Positions 30,465 through 40,473 of a stretch of 64,000 nt of DNA are shown here, piece after piece. The first letter of the stretch is position 1. Every line of letters begins with the position of its first letter. The notes under the pieces were generated by a model, which ran no database searches, was not told the origin of the DNA, and saw only the letters and a list, made by a program, of their open reading frames with translations. Location: positions 18,645 through 82,644 of the forward strand of contig DAIPBO010000012.1 of NCBI GenBank assembly GCA_036774405.1, in the 5' to 3' direction. Source of the stretch: Chloroflexota bacterium (lineage in GTDB: Bacteria > Chloroflexota > Anaerolineae > UBA1429). A program made the position numbers and the translations under genes.

Positions 30465-31841
30465 ATGGATTGGCACGAGGCGCACGGCCTGCTGAGCTCG
30501 ATGGGCGCCGACCATGTGGTGACGTTGCCCCAAGCCGCCACGCCGCGGCGCATCGCAGAGTGGGCGGCGGCGTTGGCCAACGGTGAAGGCGGCGCTGTGG
30601 TGTTGGGCGCCACGAGCCCAAGCTGTCCTCTCGAAGACGGCGCTGCGGTGCTAGAGCGCGCCCTGGATGCGCTGTTGATGTGCGAGCCAGCACTGGTGGC
30701 GCCCGTGCCGGTGTTTGTCGGCAAAGAGGGCGCGCCCGAGGCAGTGCTTGTGCAGATACCGGCCGGGCTGCGACACGTCTATGCGGTGGATGGACGCTAT
30801 CTGGTGCGGGCAGGGGCCCGTGTGGCACCCCTCAGCAGCCTGGCGCTCAAGCAGCTGCTGGTGGCGCGCGGCCAGGTCAGCTACGACGCCGAACCTCTCC
30901 CTGGGGCCTCGTACGATGATCTCGATGGTGAGGCGATTGCCGCTTATCTGGCGCGCATCGGCAACCCCCGTGGCCTGCCTGTTAACGAACTGCTGCGACA
31001 GCGCGGCTGCTTGTACGGCGCCGAGGCCAGGCCGACCGTGGCGGGCGTGCTGCTCTTTGGCCGGCAACCCGATCGCTGGGTGCGGTCCAGCGAGATTTTG
31101 GCCGTGCGCTACGCCGGTCAGCGCATGAGCGACCGGTTTGTGCGCGAAGACATCCGTGGGCCGCTGCCCGAGCAGATCCGCCGTGCCGTGGCCTTTGCTT
31201 TGGGCAATATGCGCCGTGCCGTCGAACTGAGCGGGGTCGAGCGCCTGGAGACGACCGAGTACCCCGAGGAGGCGGTGCGCGAGGCCATCGTCAACGCTGT
31301 GGCGCACCGCGACTATGCCCTGGCTGGTGACGGTATTCGACTGTTGCTCTTCAGCGATCGGCTCGAGGTGCATTCGCCGGGACGCCTGCCCGGGCACGTG
31401 ACGGTGGCCAACATCCGGCAAGAGCGCTGCTCGCGCAATGAGGTGATCGTGCAGGTGCTGGCTGACCTGGGGTTCATCGAGCGGCTGGGCTATGGCATCG
31501 ACCGGATGATCGACCTGCTCGCCGACGCTGGGCTGCCGCCACCCGAATTCCGCGAGACGGCCGGCGGCTTTGTGGTCACCCTGCGCAGTGCTTCCGGGCA
31601 GCTCCTCGAGGAGCCCGAGCCCACCGCTGTGTGGCGGCATGCGGGCTACAACGCACGCCAGGCGGCGCTTTTGACCTATCTCGACACCCACGAATATGTC
31701 AGCAACCGCGAGTATCGCGAGCTGTGCCCCGACGTCAGCGCCGAGACGTTGCGCCGCGATCTGGCCGATCTGGTGCGGCGTGGTGTGTTGCTGCGCATTG
31801 GCGCCAAACGCGGCACCGTGTATGCTCGCCGCCAACCATGA
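30465..31841 (+). CDS. Putative DNA-binding regulator with Schlafen-like AlbA_2 and HATPase_c_4 domains
   Basis: 458 aa. The pattern is that of proteins often annotated as 'ATP-dependent DNA helicase RecG C-terminal domain' or 'divergent AAA transcriptional regulator'; the C-terminus looks like a winged helix. Confidence 0.65.
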   Translation: MDWHEAHGLLSSMGADHVVTLPQAATPRRIAEWAAALANGEGGAVVLGATSPSCPLEDGAAVLERALDALLMCEPALVAPVPVFVGKEGAPEAVLVQIPAGLRHVYAVDGRYLVRAGARVAPLSSLALKQLLVARGQVSYDAEPLPGASYDDLDGEAIAAYLARIGNPRGLPVNELLRQRGCLYGAEARPTVAGVLLFGRQPDRWVRSSEILAVRYAGQRMSDRFVREDIRGPLPEQIRRAVAFALGNMRRAVELSGVERLETTEYPEEAVREAIVNAVAHRDYALAGDGIRLLLFSDRLEVHSPGRLPGHVTVANIRQERCSRNEVIVQVLADLGFIERLGYGIDRMIDLLADAGLPPPEFRETAGGFVVTLRSASGQLLEEPEPTAVWRHAGYNARQAALLTYLDTHEYVSNREYRELCPDVSAETLRRDLADLVRRGVLLRIGAKRGTVYARRQP

Positions 31842-31842
31842 G

Positions 31843-31889
31843 GATATCGCACAATATCCCACACGCCTTGTGGGATATTGTGCGATATC
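31843..31889. repeat. Perfect 21-bp inverted repeat (gatatcgcacaatatcccaca / tgtgggatattgtgcgatatc) with a 5-nt loop, 1 nt after the stop codon
   Basis: Seen directly. No U-tract follows. Confidence 0.9.
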
Positions 31890-31978
31890 GTGTGAAAGCG
31901 GTGCAATGGCGTAACCATAGCCGCCAGGCTGCGTATCAGTACACAGCAGGGCAAGTGCACTGTTGTGAGGAGAGCGAG

Positions 31979-32518
31979 ATGAAGAGACGTGGCATGCTGT
32001 ACGTTGGGGTGCTGCTGGTGACGTTGGGCGTCATCTTTATGCTGATCCAGTTCACCCAGGCGACGATGCCTAACCTGTTGGGTTGGCGCCGCCTGTGGCC
32101 ACTGCTGGTCCTGTTCGTTGGGCTGGCCTTTTGGCTGCCGTTGCTGCTGTGGTGGCCGCAAAGGGCCAGTATCTGTGGTCTGGCGATGCCAGCCACCATC
32201 ATCACTGCCAACGGCCTGTTGCTGCTCTACCAGTCTCTCACGGGCGATTGGGGTTCGTGGGCCTATATGTGGGCCATCGAGCCACTGGCGGTGGGCGTCG
32301 GGCTGCTGGCCATCTACGCCCTGGGCCCGCGCGATAGAGGGCTGCTGACCGCGGCCGGCGTGGTCGGCGGCATCGGCCTGGTGATGCTGATGGTCTTTGG
32401 CGCCGTGTTTTCGCCGGTGCTGCGCTATCTGTTGCCGGCGCTGCTCATCGTGGCCGGGCTGGTGATGTTCCTGCGCGGATCGCGGCAGCGCGCCGCTGAG
32501 GATGGGCCGACGCCCTGA
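31979..32518 (+). CDS. Membrane protein (LiaF/DUF-like, 5-6 TM)
   Basis: ATG start after GAGGAGAG. Hydrophobic with Trp-rich loops. Confidence 0.6.
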   Translation: MKRRGMLYVGVLLVTLGVIFMLIQFTQATMPNLLGWRRLWPLLVLFVGLAFWLPLLLWWPQRASICGLAMPATIITANGLLLLYQSLTGDWGSWAYMWAIEPLAVGVGLLAIYALGPRDRGLLTAAGVVGGIGLVMLMVFGAVFSPVLRYLLPALLIVAGLVMFLRGSRQRAAEDGPTP

Positions 32519-32538
32519 GCGGGCGTCCTGTGTCAACA

Positions 32539-32571
32539 CGAGAGGGGCTGGCAATTTGCCAGCCCCTCTCG
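32539..32571. terminator. 16-bp perfect palindromic hairpin between convergent genes (cgagaggggctggcaa t ttgccagcccctctcg)
   Basis: Seen directly. No clear U-tract. Confidence 0.55.
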
Positions 32572-32595
32572 TCATGTCGGTCTCGCGAGCCAACG

Positions 32596-33036
32596 TTACT
32601 TTTTGATGTTCTGAATCAGGATCAGGATGCCCACGGCGATGACGCCCAGCGGCCACAGACCGTTGAAAAAGCTCAGCACGTTCAGGTTGCGCAAGAGTAG
32701 CAATAGGCCCACACCCACCAGGATGGCGCCGCCGATCAGCAGCCGGTCGCTGCTGTTGGCGTCGCCCCAATGGCGCTGACGCAGTTCGCCAAAGGTGCTC
32801 TTGATGTCATCCACGTTCTGGCGGATCGAGTCGTCATGGTCGGTAAAGGGCACGTCGCGCTGCGGGATGAACAGCCACAGCAGCAGATAGACGGGCAGCC
32901 CCGTGCCCGAGAACATGATCGCCAGCGTCACGAACAAGATGCGCACCAGGGTGGCATCCACCCTGAAATACTCGGCCAGCCCTCCGCAGACGCCACCGAT
33001 AACGCGGTTGGTGCTGCTTCGATAGAGACGATCCAT
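32596..33036 (-). CDS. PspC-domain membrane protein
   Basis: MDRLYRSSTNRVIGGVCGGLAEYF is the PspC signature, followed by TM segments. Confidence 0.8.
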   Translation of the reverse strand: MDRLYRSSTNRVIGGVCGGLAEYFRVDATLVRILFVTLAIMFSGTGLPVYLLLWLFIPQRDVPFTDHDDSIRQNVDDIKSTFGELRQRHWGDANSSDRLLIGGAILVGVGLLLLLRNLNVLSFFNGLWPLGVIAVGILILIQNIKK

Positions 33037-33118
33037 GGTATGCTCCTACGGATGAATGAGTGCAGTCATGTCTGCGCTTGTACCCCTTATACGCGTTGTG
33101 GGCGCCAGGGTTGCTGCG

Positions 33119-34861
33119 TCAGTGTCGACCAAACTCGCGCTCCAACTGGGTGGCGCTCAGATGTACCATGGTTGGGCGCCCGTGAGGGCAGGTGTGGGGC
33201 AGAGCCGTGGCCTCGAGCTGGCGGATCAGGTCACGCATTTCGAGGATGGAGAGGGTTTGCCCGGCGCGGACGGCCGAATGGCAGGCCACGGTGAACAGGG
33301 CCTGATCTTCCCACGAAAAGCCGTCACCGCCCTCTACCGCTGCATCGAGCAGCTCGAGCAATGCCGCGACCAGATCATAGCCAGCCAGGCTCGCCGGGAT
33401 GCGTTTGATCAGCACCGTGCTGGGGCCAAAGGGTGCGATGTCGAACGCATAGTTGGCGAGCTCCGCGGCATGCTCTTCGAGCAGGGCGGCCTGTTGCGGC
33501 GTTACATCGAGAACGATGGGTTCGAGCAGCTCCTGGCCAGGCACGTTGAGCGCGGCTCGCTGCGCACGCAGCGCCTCATAGCGAATGCGCTCATGGGCGG
33601 CGTGCTGGTCGATGAGGTACATGCCCCCGGGCCCCTCTGCCACGATGTAGGTCTGGGCGATTTGGCCGACCACACGGAGCATGGGCAGCCGCTCGGTGGG
33701 CGCGGTGGCATCAGGCGAGGCGGGCTGGTGTTGGGTCTGGGGTGTGACCCCCGGCGAGAGCGGCATCTCGTGTTGCGCGGGGGTATACACACTCACCACG
33801 CGCGAGGCGCCGTCGCGGCGCCAGGCCGCCGTGGATGTGCCTGGCACCAGGCTCACCGGCACCGGATACTGTGCCTGCAGGGTTGCGCGCACGGCCCGCT
33901 GCACCGCCGCAAACGCCAGGCGCGGATCTCTGAAGCGCACCTCGCGCTTGGTGGGGTGGATGTTGACGTCTACCTGCTCGGGGTCGATCCTGATATTCAG
34001 GATGACGATGGGAAAGCGGCCCTGCGGCAAGAGCGTGCGGTAGGCCTCTCGAATAGCAAAAGAGAGGGTCTGATCCTGTATCCAGCGGCGGTTGACGAAC
34101 AGCACGATGTCGTTGCGATTGGAGCGGTGCACCGAGGGTGCAGCGACGAGGCCGTCGACAGCGATGCCGTTCGGCTCTCTGGCAGGTGCGTCGACGGGCA
34201 GCATCTCTTGTGCTACGTCCAGGCCATAGAGCGCAAGCACCACATCCTGCAGCGAGCCCGTGCCATTGGTGCGCAGCATCTGGCGATCGTTGTGTTGGAG
34301 GCGCAGGCGCAGCTCTGGGTAGGCCAGGGCATAGCTCGAGATCAGGCGACCGATGTGCCCCGCCTCGGTGGGGTCGCTCGACAGGAAACGCAGTCTGGCA
34401 GGTGTGTTATAGAACAGGTTCTCGACCTGCACCGTGGTGCCTGGCGGGCGCGCCTGGGCTGAGCGCTGAACGATCTGGCCGCCCTCGAGGCGCAGGGTGA
34501 CGCCCGCCAGGGCTTTGCGCGTGCACGTGGAGAGTGTGAGGTGCGACACGGCGGCGATGCTGGCCAATGCTTCGCCGCGAAAGCCCAGTGTGCGGATGTG
34601 ATAGAGCTCCTCGGCAGAAGAGAGCTTGCTGGTGGCATGCCGCTCAAAGGCCACCTCGACCTCGTCGGCAGCGATGCCGACCCCATCGTCACTCACACGC
34701 ATTAGCCGCTTGCCGCCCTGGACAATGTCGACGCCGATCTGACTCGCGCCAGCGTCGATGGCGTTCTCGACCAGCTCTTTGACTACCGAGGCCGGGCGCT
34801 CGATCACCTCGCCAGCGGCGATCTTGGCGGCGATGTCGGGCGGCAGCACGCGGATGGGCAT
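33119..34861 (-). CDS. mutL: DNA mismatch repair protein MutL
   Basis: 580 aa. GHKL ATPase N-terminus (AAGEVIERPASVVKELVENAIDAGA) and the C-terminal dimerisation/endonuclease region. Confidence 0.95.
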   Translation of the reverse strand: MPIRVLPPDIAAKIAAGEVIERPASVVKELVENAIDAGASQIGVDIVQGGKRLMRVSDDGVGIAADEVEVAFERHATSKLSSAEELYHIRTLGFRGEALASIAAVSHLTLSTCTRKALAGVTLRLEGGQIVQRSAQARPPGTTVQVENLFYNTPARLRFLSSDPTEAGHIGRLISSYALAYPELRLRLQHNDRQMLRTNGTGSLQDVVLALYGLDVAQEMLPVDAPAREPNGIAVDGLVAAPSVHRSNRNDIVLFVNRRWIQDQTLSFAIREAYRTLLPQGRFPIVILNIRIDPEQVDVNIHPTKREVRFRDPRLAFAAVQRAVRATLQAQYPVPVSLVPGTSTAAWRRDGASRVVSVYTPAQHEMPLSPGVTPQTQHQPASPDATAPTERLPMLRVVGQIAQTYIVAEGPGGMYLIDQHAAHERIRYEALRAQRAALNVPGQELLEPIVLDVTPQQAALLEEHAAELANYAFDIAPFGPSTVLIKRIPASLAGYDLVAALLELLDAAVEGGDGFSWEDQALFTVACHSAVRAGQTLSILEMRDLIRQLEATALPHTCPHGRPTMVHLSATQLEREFGRH

Positions 34862-34962
34862 GGTGGGCGCTTCCTTTTGTGGCGCTGATTGGGCTCATTG
34901 TACCACATCGCCAGAGCGTCGGCTTGACGAGCCCTGGTGGCCCCACTATGCTCGCATGATCT

Positions 34963-35886
34963 TTGCAGGGGGCGATGGCGATGGCACGTGGGGGCAGGCC
35001 AATAGCGCGGCGCTACTATCACTGGTTGGCGCTGGTGCTGGGCATCCTCGCCACATCGACCGGCTCGATCATCATCCGATTGGCCGACGCGCCGGCCCTG
35101 GCGGTGGCCGCCTGGCGGCTCAGCCTGGCGACGTTGCTGCTTTCGCCACTATCACTGGGCCCGCTGCGGCGCGAGTGGGGCGGGTTGACGGGCCGCGAGC
35201 GCTGGCTGCTACTGGCCGCAGGCGGCTGCCTCTCGCTGCATTTTGCCTTTTGGATTAGCTCACTCGACTATACCAGCGTCTCTAGTTCCGTGATCCTGGT
35301 GTCTACCAACCCGCTGTGGGTGGCGTTGATCTTGCGGTTCGTGCTCAGAGAGCAGATCGCTGGGCGCAGCGTGGTTGCCATCGTGGTGGCGCTGGCCGGC
35401 GCTGCCATCATCGGCGCTGGCGACCTGACCCTCTCGCCGCGAGCTCTGTTGGGCGACCTGCTGGCGCTGCTTGGGGCCGTTGCGGGCTCTGCCTACTTTA
35501 TGTTGGGGCGCGCGGTGCGCCGCAAGCTCTCGACACTGGCCTACGTCTGGCCGTGTTATGCCGTCGCAGCGATCTTGCTCATCGGTTACACCCTGGCGGC
35601 GGGCCAGCCGCTGTTGGGTTATGGCCTGCCAACCTACGGCATGTTTGCTCTGCTCGCCATCGGGCCGCAGATACTGGGGCATTCGTCGTACAACTGGGCG
35701 CTGGGCTACTTTACGCCGGTGTTGGTGACCATTGCGCTGCTGGGCGAGCCGATTGGCGCCTCGGTGTTGGCCTTTCTGGTGCTGGGCGAGGCGCCGCCGC
35801 TGGGCGTCTGGATCGGTGGCCCGCTGATCCTGGCGGGCATGCTGCTGGCCGCCTGGCAAGAGGGACGGCGCCAGCTGGCTGGTTGA
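34963..35886 (+). CDS. EamA/DMT-family transporter
   Basis: 10-TM pattern with two EamA repeats. Exact start is uncertain. Confidence 0.75.
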   Translation: MQGAMAMARGGRPIARRYYHWLALVLGILATSTGSIIIRLADAPALAVAAWRLSLATLLLSPLSLGPLRREWGGLTGRERWLLLAAGGCLSLHFAFWISSLDYTSVSSSVILVSTNPLWVALILRFVLREQIAGRSVVAIVVALAGAAIIGAGDLTLSPRALLGDLLALLGAVAGSAYFMLGRAVRRKLSTLAYVWPCYAVAAILLIGYTLAAGQPLLGYGLPTYGMFALLAIGPQILGHSSYNWALGYFTPVLVTIALLGEPIGASVLAFLVLGEAPPLGVWIGGPLILAGMLLAAWQEGRRQLAG

Positions 35887-35986
35887 CCTGGGCGTTGACT
35901 GGCCCTATAGTGCGACGAGTAGGCGCGAGGGAGCGAGCATCGAGACGGTGCAGCCCTCGCGCTCGGCTATACAGGGAGGTTCAGAC

Positions 35987-37207
35987 ATGACCATGAACTG
36001 GGAAGCGCTCTACAGCGAGCGTCTGGGCAGCATGACAACGTCAGTTATCCGCGAGATCCTCAAAGTGGCCCAGTCGCCCGAGGTGATCTCGCTCTCGGGC
36101 GGGTGGCCCGAGGCCGATCTCTTTCCCACAGAGCAGCTGCAAGAGGTGGCCGCCCACGTGATGCGCGAGACGCCTCGTGAGGCGCTGCAATATGGCCTGA
36201 CCGATGGCTCCATCGGGCTGCGCCAGCTGCTTGCTGAGCAGATGCAGGCCCAGGGCGTGCCCGCTGGGCCAGAGAATATCCTCATCACGTCGGGCTCGCA
36301 GCAGGCGCTTGATCTGCTTGGGCGCATCCTGCTCGACGAGGGAGACTGTGTGATCGTCGAGGCGCCCACCTTCCTGGGGGCAGTGCAATCGTTCAAGGCC
36401 TATGGGCCCCGTTTTGTGCCACTGCCGCTTGACGGCGATGGCGCCTGTGTCGAGCTCTTGCCCGAGCTCATCTCCAGGCACAAACCCAAGCTGATGTATC
36501 TGCTGCCGACGTTCCACAACCCGGCCGGCGTCTGCCTCAGCCTCGAACGCCGTCGCCGCGCGGTTGAGATTGCCAGCGAGATGGGCGTGCCTATCGTCGA
36601 AGACGACCCCTATGGCCAGCTACGCTACTCGGGCGAACCGTTGCCTACGCTGGCGGCGCTGGACAGCGCCCGTTGCTCGGCCCATGGGCCCCGTTTGGGC
36701 AACACGGTGATCTATCTGAGCACATTTTCCAAGACGCTGACGCCAGGGTTGCGTGTGGCCTGGGCCGTGGCCCCCGTCGACGTGGTGCAGCAACTGGTGA
36801 TGGCCAAACAGGGTGCCGATCTGATGACCAGCTCGCTCTCGCAAGAGATCGCGGCCGAGTTCATACGGCGCGGCTGGCTGCCCGGCCAGGTGGCGCGCAT
36901 CCGCGATACCTACCGGCTGCGTCGCGATGCCATGTGCGCAGCCATCGACGACTTTTTCCCCAGCGAGGCAAGCTACTATCGGCCCGAGGGCGGCCTCTTT
37001 CTGTGGGTGACGCTGCCCGAGGGGCTCGACGCCACCGCGCTCTTGGCCGAGGCAGCAGTACACCAGGTGGCCTATGTGCCCGGTCAGCCCTTTTTCGTCG
37101 ATGGCCGCGGCACCAACACCCTGCGCATGTCGTTTGCCAGCGTGCCGCCCGAGACGATCCGCGAAGGGGTGCGCCGTGTGGGCGAGGTGTTCAAGGCCCA
37201 TCTGTAG
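35987..37207 (+). CDS. PLP-dependent aminotransferase, class I/II fold (2-aminoadipate/LysN-like)
   Basis: Start at MTMNWEAL after GGGAGG. Fold-type I aminotransferase pattern. Confidence 0.8.
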   Translation: MTMNWEALYSERLGSMTTSVIREILKVAQSPEVISLSGGWPEADLFPTEQLQEVAAHVMRETPREALQYGLTDGSIGLRQLLAEQMQAQGVPAGPENILITSGSQQALDLLGRILLDEGDCVIVEAPTFLGAVQSFKAYGPRFVPLPLDGDGACVELLPELISRHKPKLMYLLPTFHNPAGVCLSLERRRRAVEIASEMGVPIVEDDPYGQLRYSGEPLPTLAALDSARCSAHGPRLGNTVIYLSTFSKTLTPGLRVAWAVAPVDVVQQLVMAKQGADLMTSSLSQEIAAEFIRRGWLPGQVARIRDTYRLRRDAMCAAIDDFFPSEASYYRPEGGLFLWVTLPEGLDATALLAEAAVHQVAYVPGQPFFVDGRGTNTLRMSFASVPPETIREGVRRVGEVFKAHL

Positions 37208-37282
37208 CAGGGGGCGGGGCGCAAGCTTGACCACAACGGCGAACGGCCTAGAATCGTTGCCATAGTCAGAGGGAGAGTTGCT

Positions 37283-37516
37283 ATGCCGCTGTACGAATTC
37301 CACTGTCATCATTGCGGCGAGACCTTTACGGTACGCCGTTCATTCTCGGCCGCTAAGGAACCTGCTCCGTGCCCGAGCTGCGAGAGCGACGACACCACGC
37401 GCGCCTTTGCCACGTTTGCCTGTATGGCCAAGGGCAGCGGTGGAGAGACCTATTCAGTTGGCGGAGGCGGTTGTGCTGGCTGCGCTGGCGGGCACTGCGC
37501 GACCTGTGGCCATTAG
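37283..37516 (+). CDS. FmdB-family zinc-ribbon protein with Gly/Cys-rich C-terminal tail
   Basis: MPLYEFHCHHCGETF...CPSC is the FmdB signature. The tail is GGGGCAGCAGGHCATCGH. Confidence 0.8.
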   Translation: MPLYEFHCHHCGETFTVRRSFSAAKEPAPCPSCESDDTTRAFATFACMAKGSGGETYSVGGGGCAGCAGGHCATCGH

Positions 37517-37588
37517 CGAGAGCCTCGTTCATCCACGGGCTGCACATTATCAGGTGCGGCCCGTTTTCGTATGTGCAGGTTGCCCTCT

Positions 37589-38782
37589 ATGACGTCCAAG
37601 GCATGGTCAGTACAATTCGATCTACAGCATACGGATGACGCCACCATGGCGCGCGTCGGTGTGCTGCACACGCCGCATGGTCAGGTGCCCACACCGGTTT
37701 TCTGCCCGGTGGGCACGCAGGCCACCGTCAAGGCCATCACGCCGCGCGAGTTGCACGACTTGCAGGCTGGGATGATTCTGGGCAACACCTACCACCTCTA
37801 CCTGCGCCCTGGTGCCGAACTCATCGCGCAGCTCGGCGGCCTGCATCGCTTCATGGGGTGGGATGGCCCCATCCTCACCGACAGTGGCGGCTTTCAGGTG
37901 TTCAGCCTCGAGGGGTTGCGGCGCATCGGCGACGACGGTGTGATGTTCCGCTCGCACATCGATGGCTCGACGCACACCTTTACGCCCGAGTTGGTGGTCG
38001 ACGTGCAGGAAAAGCTCGGCTCTGACATCGCCATGGTGCTCGACGAGTGCGCCGAACCGCATGACTATGACTATGCAGTGGCGGCCATGGAGCGCACGCA
38101 TCGCTGGGCCGAGCGCTGTCTCAAGGCCCATCGTCGCCCCGATCAGTCTCTGTTTGGCATTGTGCAGGGGGGCATCCACGCAGACCTGCGGCGGGCCAGC
38201 GCCGAGGCCATTGCCAGCATGGGGTTTGCAGGGCATGCCATTGGTGGGTTGAGCGTGGGCGAAACCAAGGCCGATATGCTGCGTATTCTGGATGTTGTCA
38301 CGCCCCTGCTGCCGCCCGAGCGGCCGCGGTATCTGATGGGGGTGGGCTCGCCCGAAGACCTGGTTGAAGGCGTGGCTCGCGGTGTGGACATCTTTGACTG
38401 CGTGTTACCCACGCGGTTGGCGCGAAATGGCGCCGTGTTCACCCCCGAGGGACGGCTCAACCTGCGCAATACGGCGCATCGAGACGATCCCCGGCCCATC
38501 CAAGAGGGCTGCGGCTGCTATACCTGTCAGAACTTTTCGCGGGCCTATCTGCGGCACCTCATCGTCGCGCAAGAGATGCTCGCTGCGCGGCTCAACACGC
38601 TGCACAATCTGCACTTTTTGCTCGACCTGATGCGCCGCATGCGCACTGCCATCTTGGAGGGCGCGATGGCATCATTCCGCGAGGCGTTCTGGGAGCGCTA
38701 TCAGGTGGCCGATGCTGTAGCCCGTGAGCACAACCGTGCTCGCTGGAACAGCCGAGCACGCCGCAGCAGTGCCGGTAAGTGA
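37589..38782 (+). CDS. tgt: Queuine tRNA-ribosyltransferase
   Basis: FDL...ARVGVLHTPHG...PVGT N-terminus, catalytic Asp region and zinc site CxCxxC...H (GCGCYTCQ). Confidence 0.9.
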   Translation: MTSKAWSVQFDLQHTDDATMARVGVLHTPHGQVPTPVFCPVGTQATVKAITPRELHDLQAGMILGNTYHLYLRPGAELIAQLGGLHRFMGWDGPILTDSGGFQVFSLEGLRRIGDDGVMFRSHIDGSTHTFTPELVVDVQEKLGSDIAMVLDECAEPHDYDYAVAAMERTHRWAERCLKAHRRPDQSLFGIVQGGIHADLRRASAEAIASMGFAGHAIGGLSVGETKADMLRILDVVTPLLPPERPRYLMGVGSPEDLVEGVARGVDIFDCVLPTRLARNGAVFTPEGRLNLRNTAHRDDPRPIQEGCGCYTCQNFSRAYLRHLIVAQEMLAARLNTLHNLHFLLDLMRRMRTAILEGAMASFREAFWERYQVADAVAREHNRARWNSRARRSSAGK

Positions 38783-38809
38783 CAAAAACCTGGGCGGTGA
38801 CGGAGGCGT

Positions 38810-39619
38810 GTGGACATGACGGTTTGGGAGGCCATTCTGTGGGGCATGCTGCAGGGCGCAACCGAGTTCTTGCCGGTGAGCAGCTCGGGCCACCTGGTGT
38901 TGGTGCCGTGGTTGCTGGGCCGCTCGGCGCCAGGGCTGACCTATGGCGTGATCGTGCATACCGGCACGCTGCTGGCCATGGTGGTCTACTTTTGGCATGA
39001 CATCTGGGCGTTGCTCGATGGTTTGCTGCAGAGTTGGCGACAGCGCGAGCTGACGCCTATGGGGCGGCTGGCGCTGATGATCGCGGTCAGTGCTATTCCG
39101 GCGGGAGTGGTGGGCTTGCTGTTCGACGACTACCTGGAGGCGGCGTTTGGCGAGCCAGCGGTGGTGGCGGTGCTGTTGCTGATCACCGGCGCCGTGTTGG
39201 CCCTCAGCGAGCATTTGGGGCGCCGTGAGCGCCCGCTGGAAGCGCTCTCATGGCGCGATGCAGTGACCATTGGCCTGGCGCAGTGCGTGGCTCTTTTGCC
39301 CGGCATCTCGCGTTCGGGCAGCACCATCTCGGCAGGGATGCTGCGGGGGCTCGATCGCGAGGCGGCGGCTCGCTTTGGCTTCTTGATGGCGCTGCCGTTG
39401 CTCGTGGGCGCTACGGCCCACGAGTTGCTTGGCATGTCGGGCGGGGGAGGTCAGGTGGCTGGCGGACTGCTACTGGTCGGGTTCGTAGCGGCAGCCCTGA
39501 CGGGTTACGCGGCCTTGCGCTTGCTGCTGGGCCTGGTGCGCAGAAACGGCCTGTGGCCCTTTGCCATCTATTGCTGGGCGATAGGTCTCTTTGGGCTGGT
39601 GATGGTGGCGGTGCGGTGA
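38810..39619 (+). CDS. uppP: Undecaprenyl-diphosphatase UppP (BacA)
   Basis: EFLPVSSSGHL and GISRSG motifs. Confidence 0.9.
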   Translation: MDMTVWEAILWGMLQGATEFLPVSSSGHLVLVPWLLGRSAPGLTYGVIVHTGTLLAMVVYFWHDIWALLDGLLQSWRQRELTPMGRLALMIAVSAIPAGVVGLLFDDYLEAAFGEPAVVAVLLLITGAVLALSEHLGRRERPLEALSWRDAVTIGLAQCVALLPGISRSGSTISAGMLRGLDREAAARFGFLMALPLLVGATAHELLGMSGGGGQVAGGLLLVGFVAAALTGYAALRLLLGLVRRNGLWPFAIYCWAIGLFGLVMVAVR

Positions 39620-40473
39620 TACGCGGCTGGCGGCTGTGGGCCTTGTTGGTCACTCTCATGCTGGGTGGGTGCCAGGCGCTGGTGACGCCGCTGGGGCATG
39701 ACGTGGCCGCCGTTGAGCCCACCGCCGGAGACGATGGCGACCTGGTGAACCTGGTTGCCTGCTGGGAGGCCGAGCCGCTGGCCGAGCTGCTGCGGATGGC
39801 CTATGAAGCGCAGTATCCCAGCTCGGCGGTGCTGGTCAACCTGACCAATAGTCAGCACGCCATGGAGCTGCTGCAACGTGGCGAGGCGTCGCTGGGGCTG
39901 ATAGTGACGATGGCCGATCAGGAACCCCAGGTGCCCACAGGCTGGATCACTCGGGAGCTGGCTGTGGATGCCGTCGCGCTGGTGACTTCGCCTGATCTGG
40001 CAGTGGCCAGTATCTCGCCCGATGATCTGTCTCGGCTCTATGCCGGGCAGGTGGTCGACTGGGCCGATCTAGGGTTCGGCGAGGGACAGCCTGCCTTTGT
40101 CACGCGCGAACGGGGCACGGTGCTGCGGCTGCTGTTCGAGGAGCGCATCATGGGTGATCGCTCGATCTCGACAGCAGCGGCCGTGGTGCCCCACAACCAC
40201 GCAATGCTAGAGCTGGTGTCTACGACGCCGAAAGCGCTGGGCTATGTGCCCGCAACTCTGGTCGACGATCGTGTGCGGGTGGTGGCACTCGATGGCAAGT
40301 TGCCCACGCATAGCGAGATCGAAAGGGGTAGCTATCCGCTGCGCTCTAGCCTGTGGCTAGTGATGCCCGTCTCTAGCGAAGGGCTGGCCGATGGTGGCGC
40401 ACTACGCCTCGCCAGCTTCGCCCTTGGCGCCCGTATGCAGCGCGAGATCAGCGCTCGGTACGTGCGCCCTTAG
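39616..40473 (+). CDS. Lipoprotein with PstS-like (phosphate-binding type) periplasmic binding domain
   Basis: GTG start overlapping the uppP stop. Signal peptide with lipobox LGGC. PBP-fold-like sequence. Family assignment is tentative. Confidence 0.5.
   Translation: MIRGWRLWALLVTLMLGGCQALVTPLGHDVAAVEPTAGDDGDLVNLVACWEAEPLAELLRMAYEAQYPSSAVLVNLTNSQHAMELLQRGEASLGLIVTMADQEPQVPTGWITRELAVDAVALVTSPDLAVASISPDDLSRLYAGQVVDWADLGFGEGQPAFVTRERGTVLRLLFEERIMGDRSISTAAAVVPHNHAMLELVSTTPKALGYVPATLVDDRVRVVALDGKLPTHSEIERGSYPLRSSLWLVMPVSSEGLADGGALRLASFALGARMQREISARYVRP

Noticed and set aside
31631-32770. Track ORF 31631..32518 (+, 295 aa) and the 364-aa antisense ORF 31676..32770
   Set aside because: The upstream 115 codons of the plus ORF run through the preceding gene's 3' end and the 21-bp palindrome. 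The real start is the ATG at 31979 with an RBS. The minus-strand ORF is antisense.
33056-34462. 468-aa plus-strand ORF
   Set aside because: Antisense to mutL.
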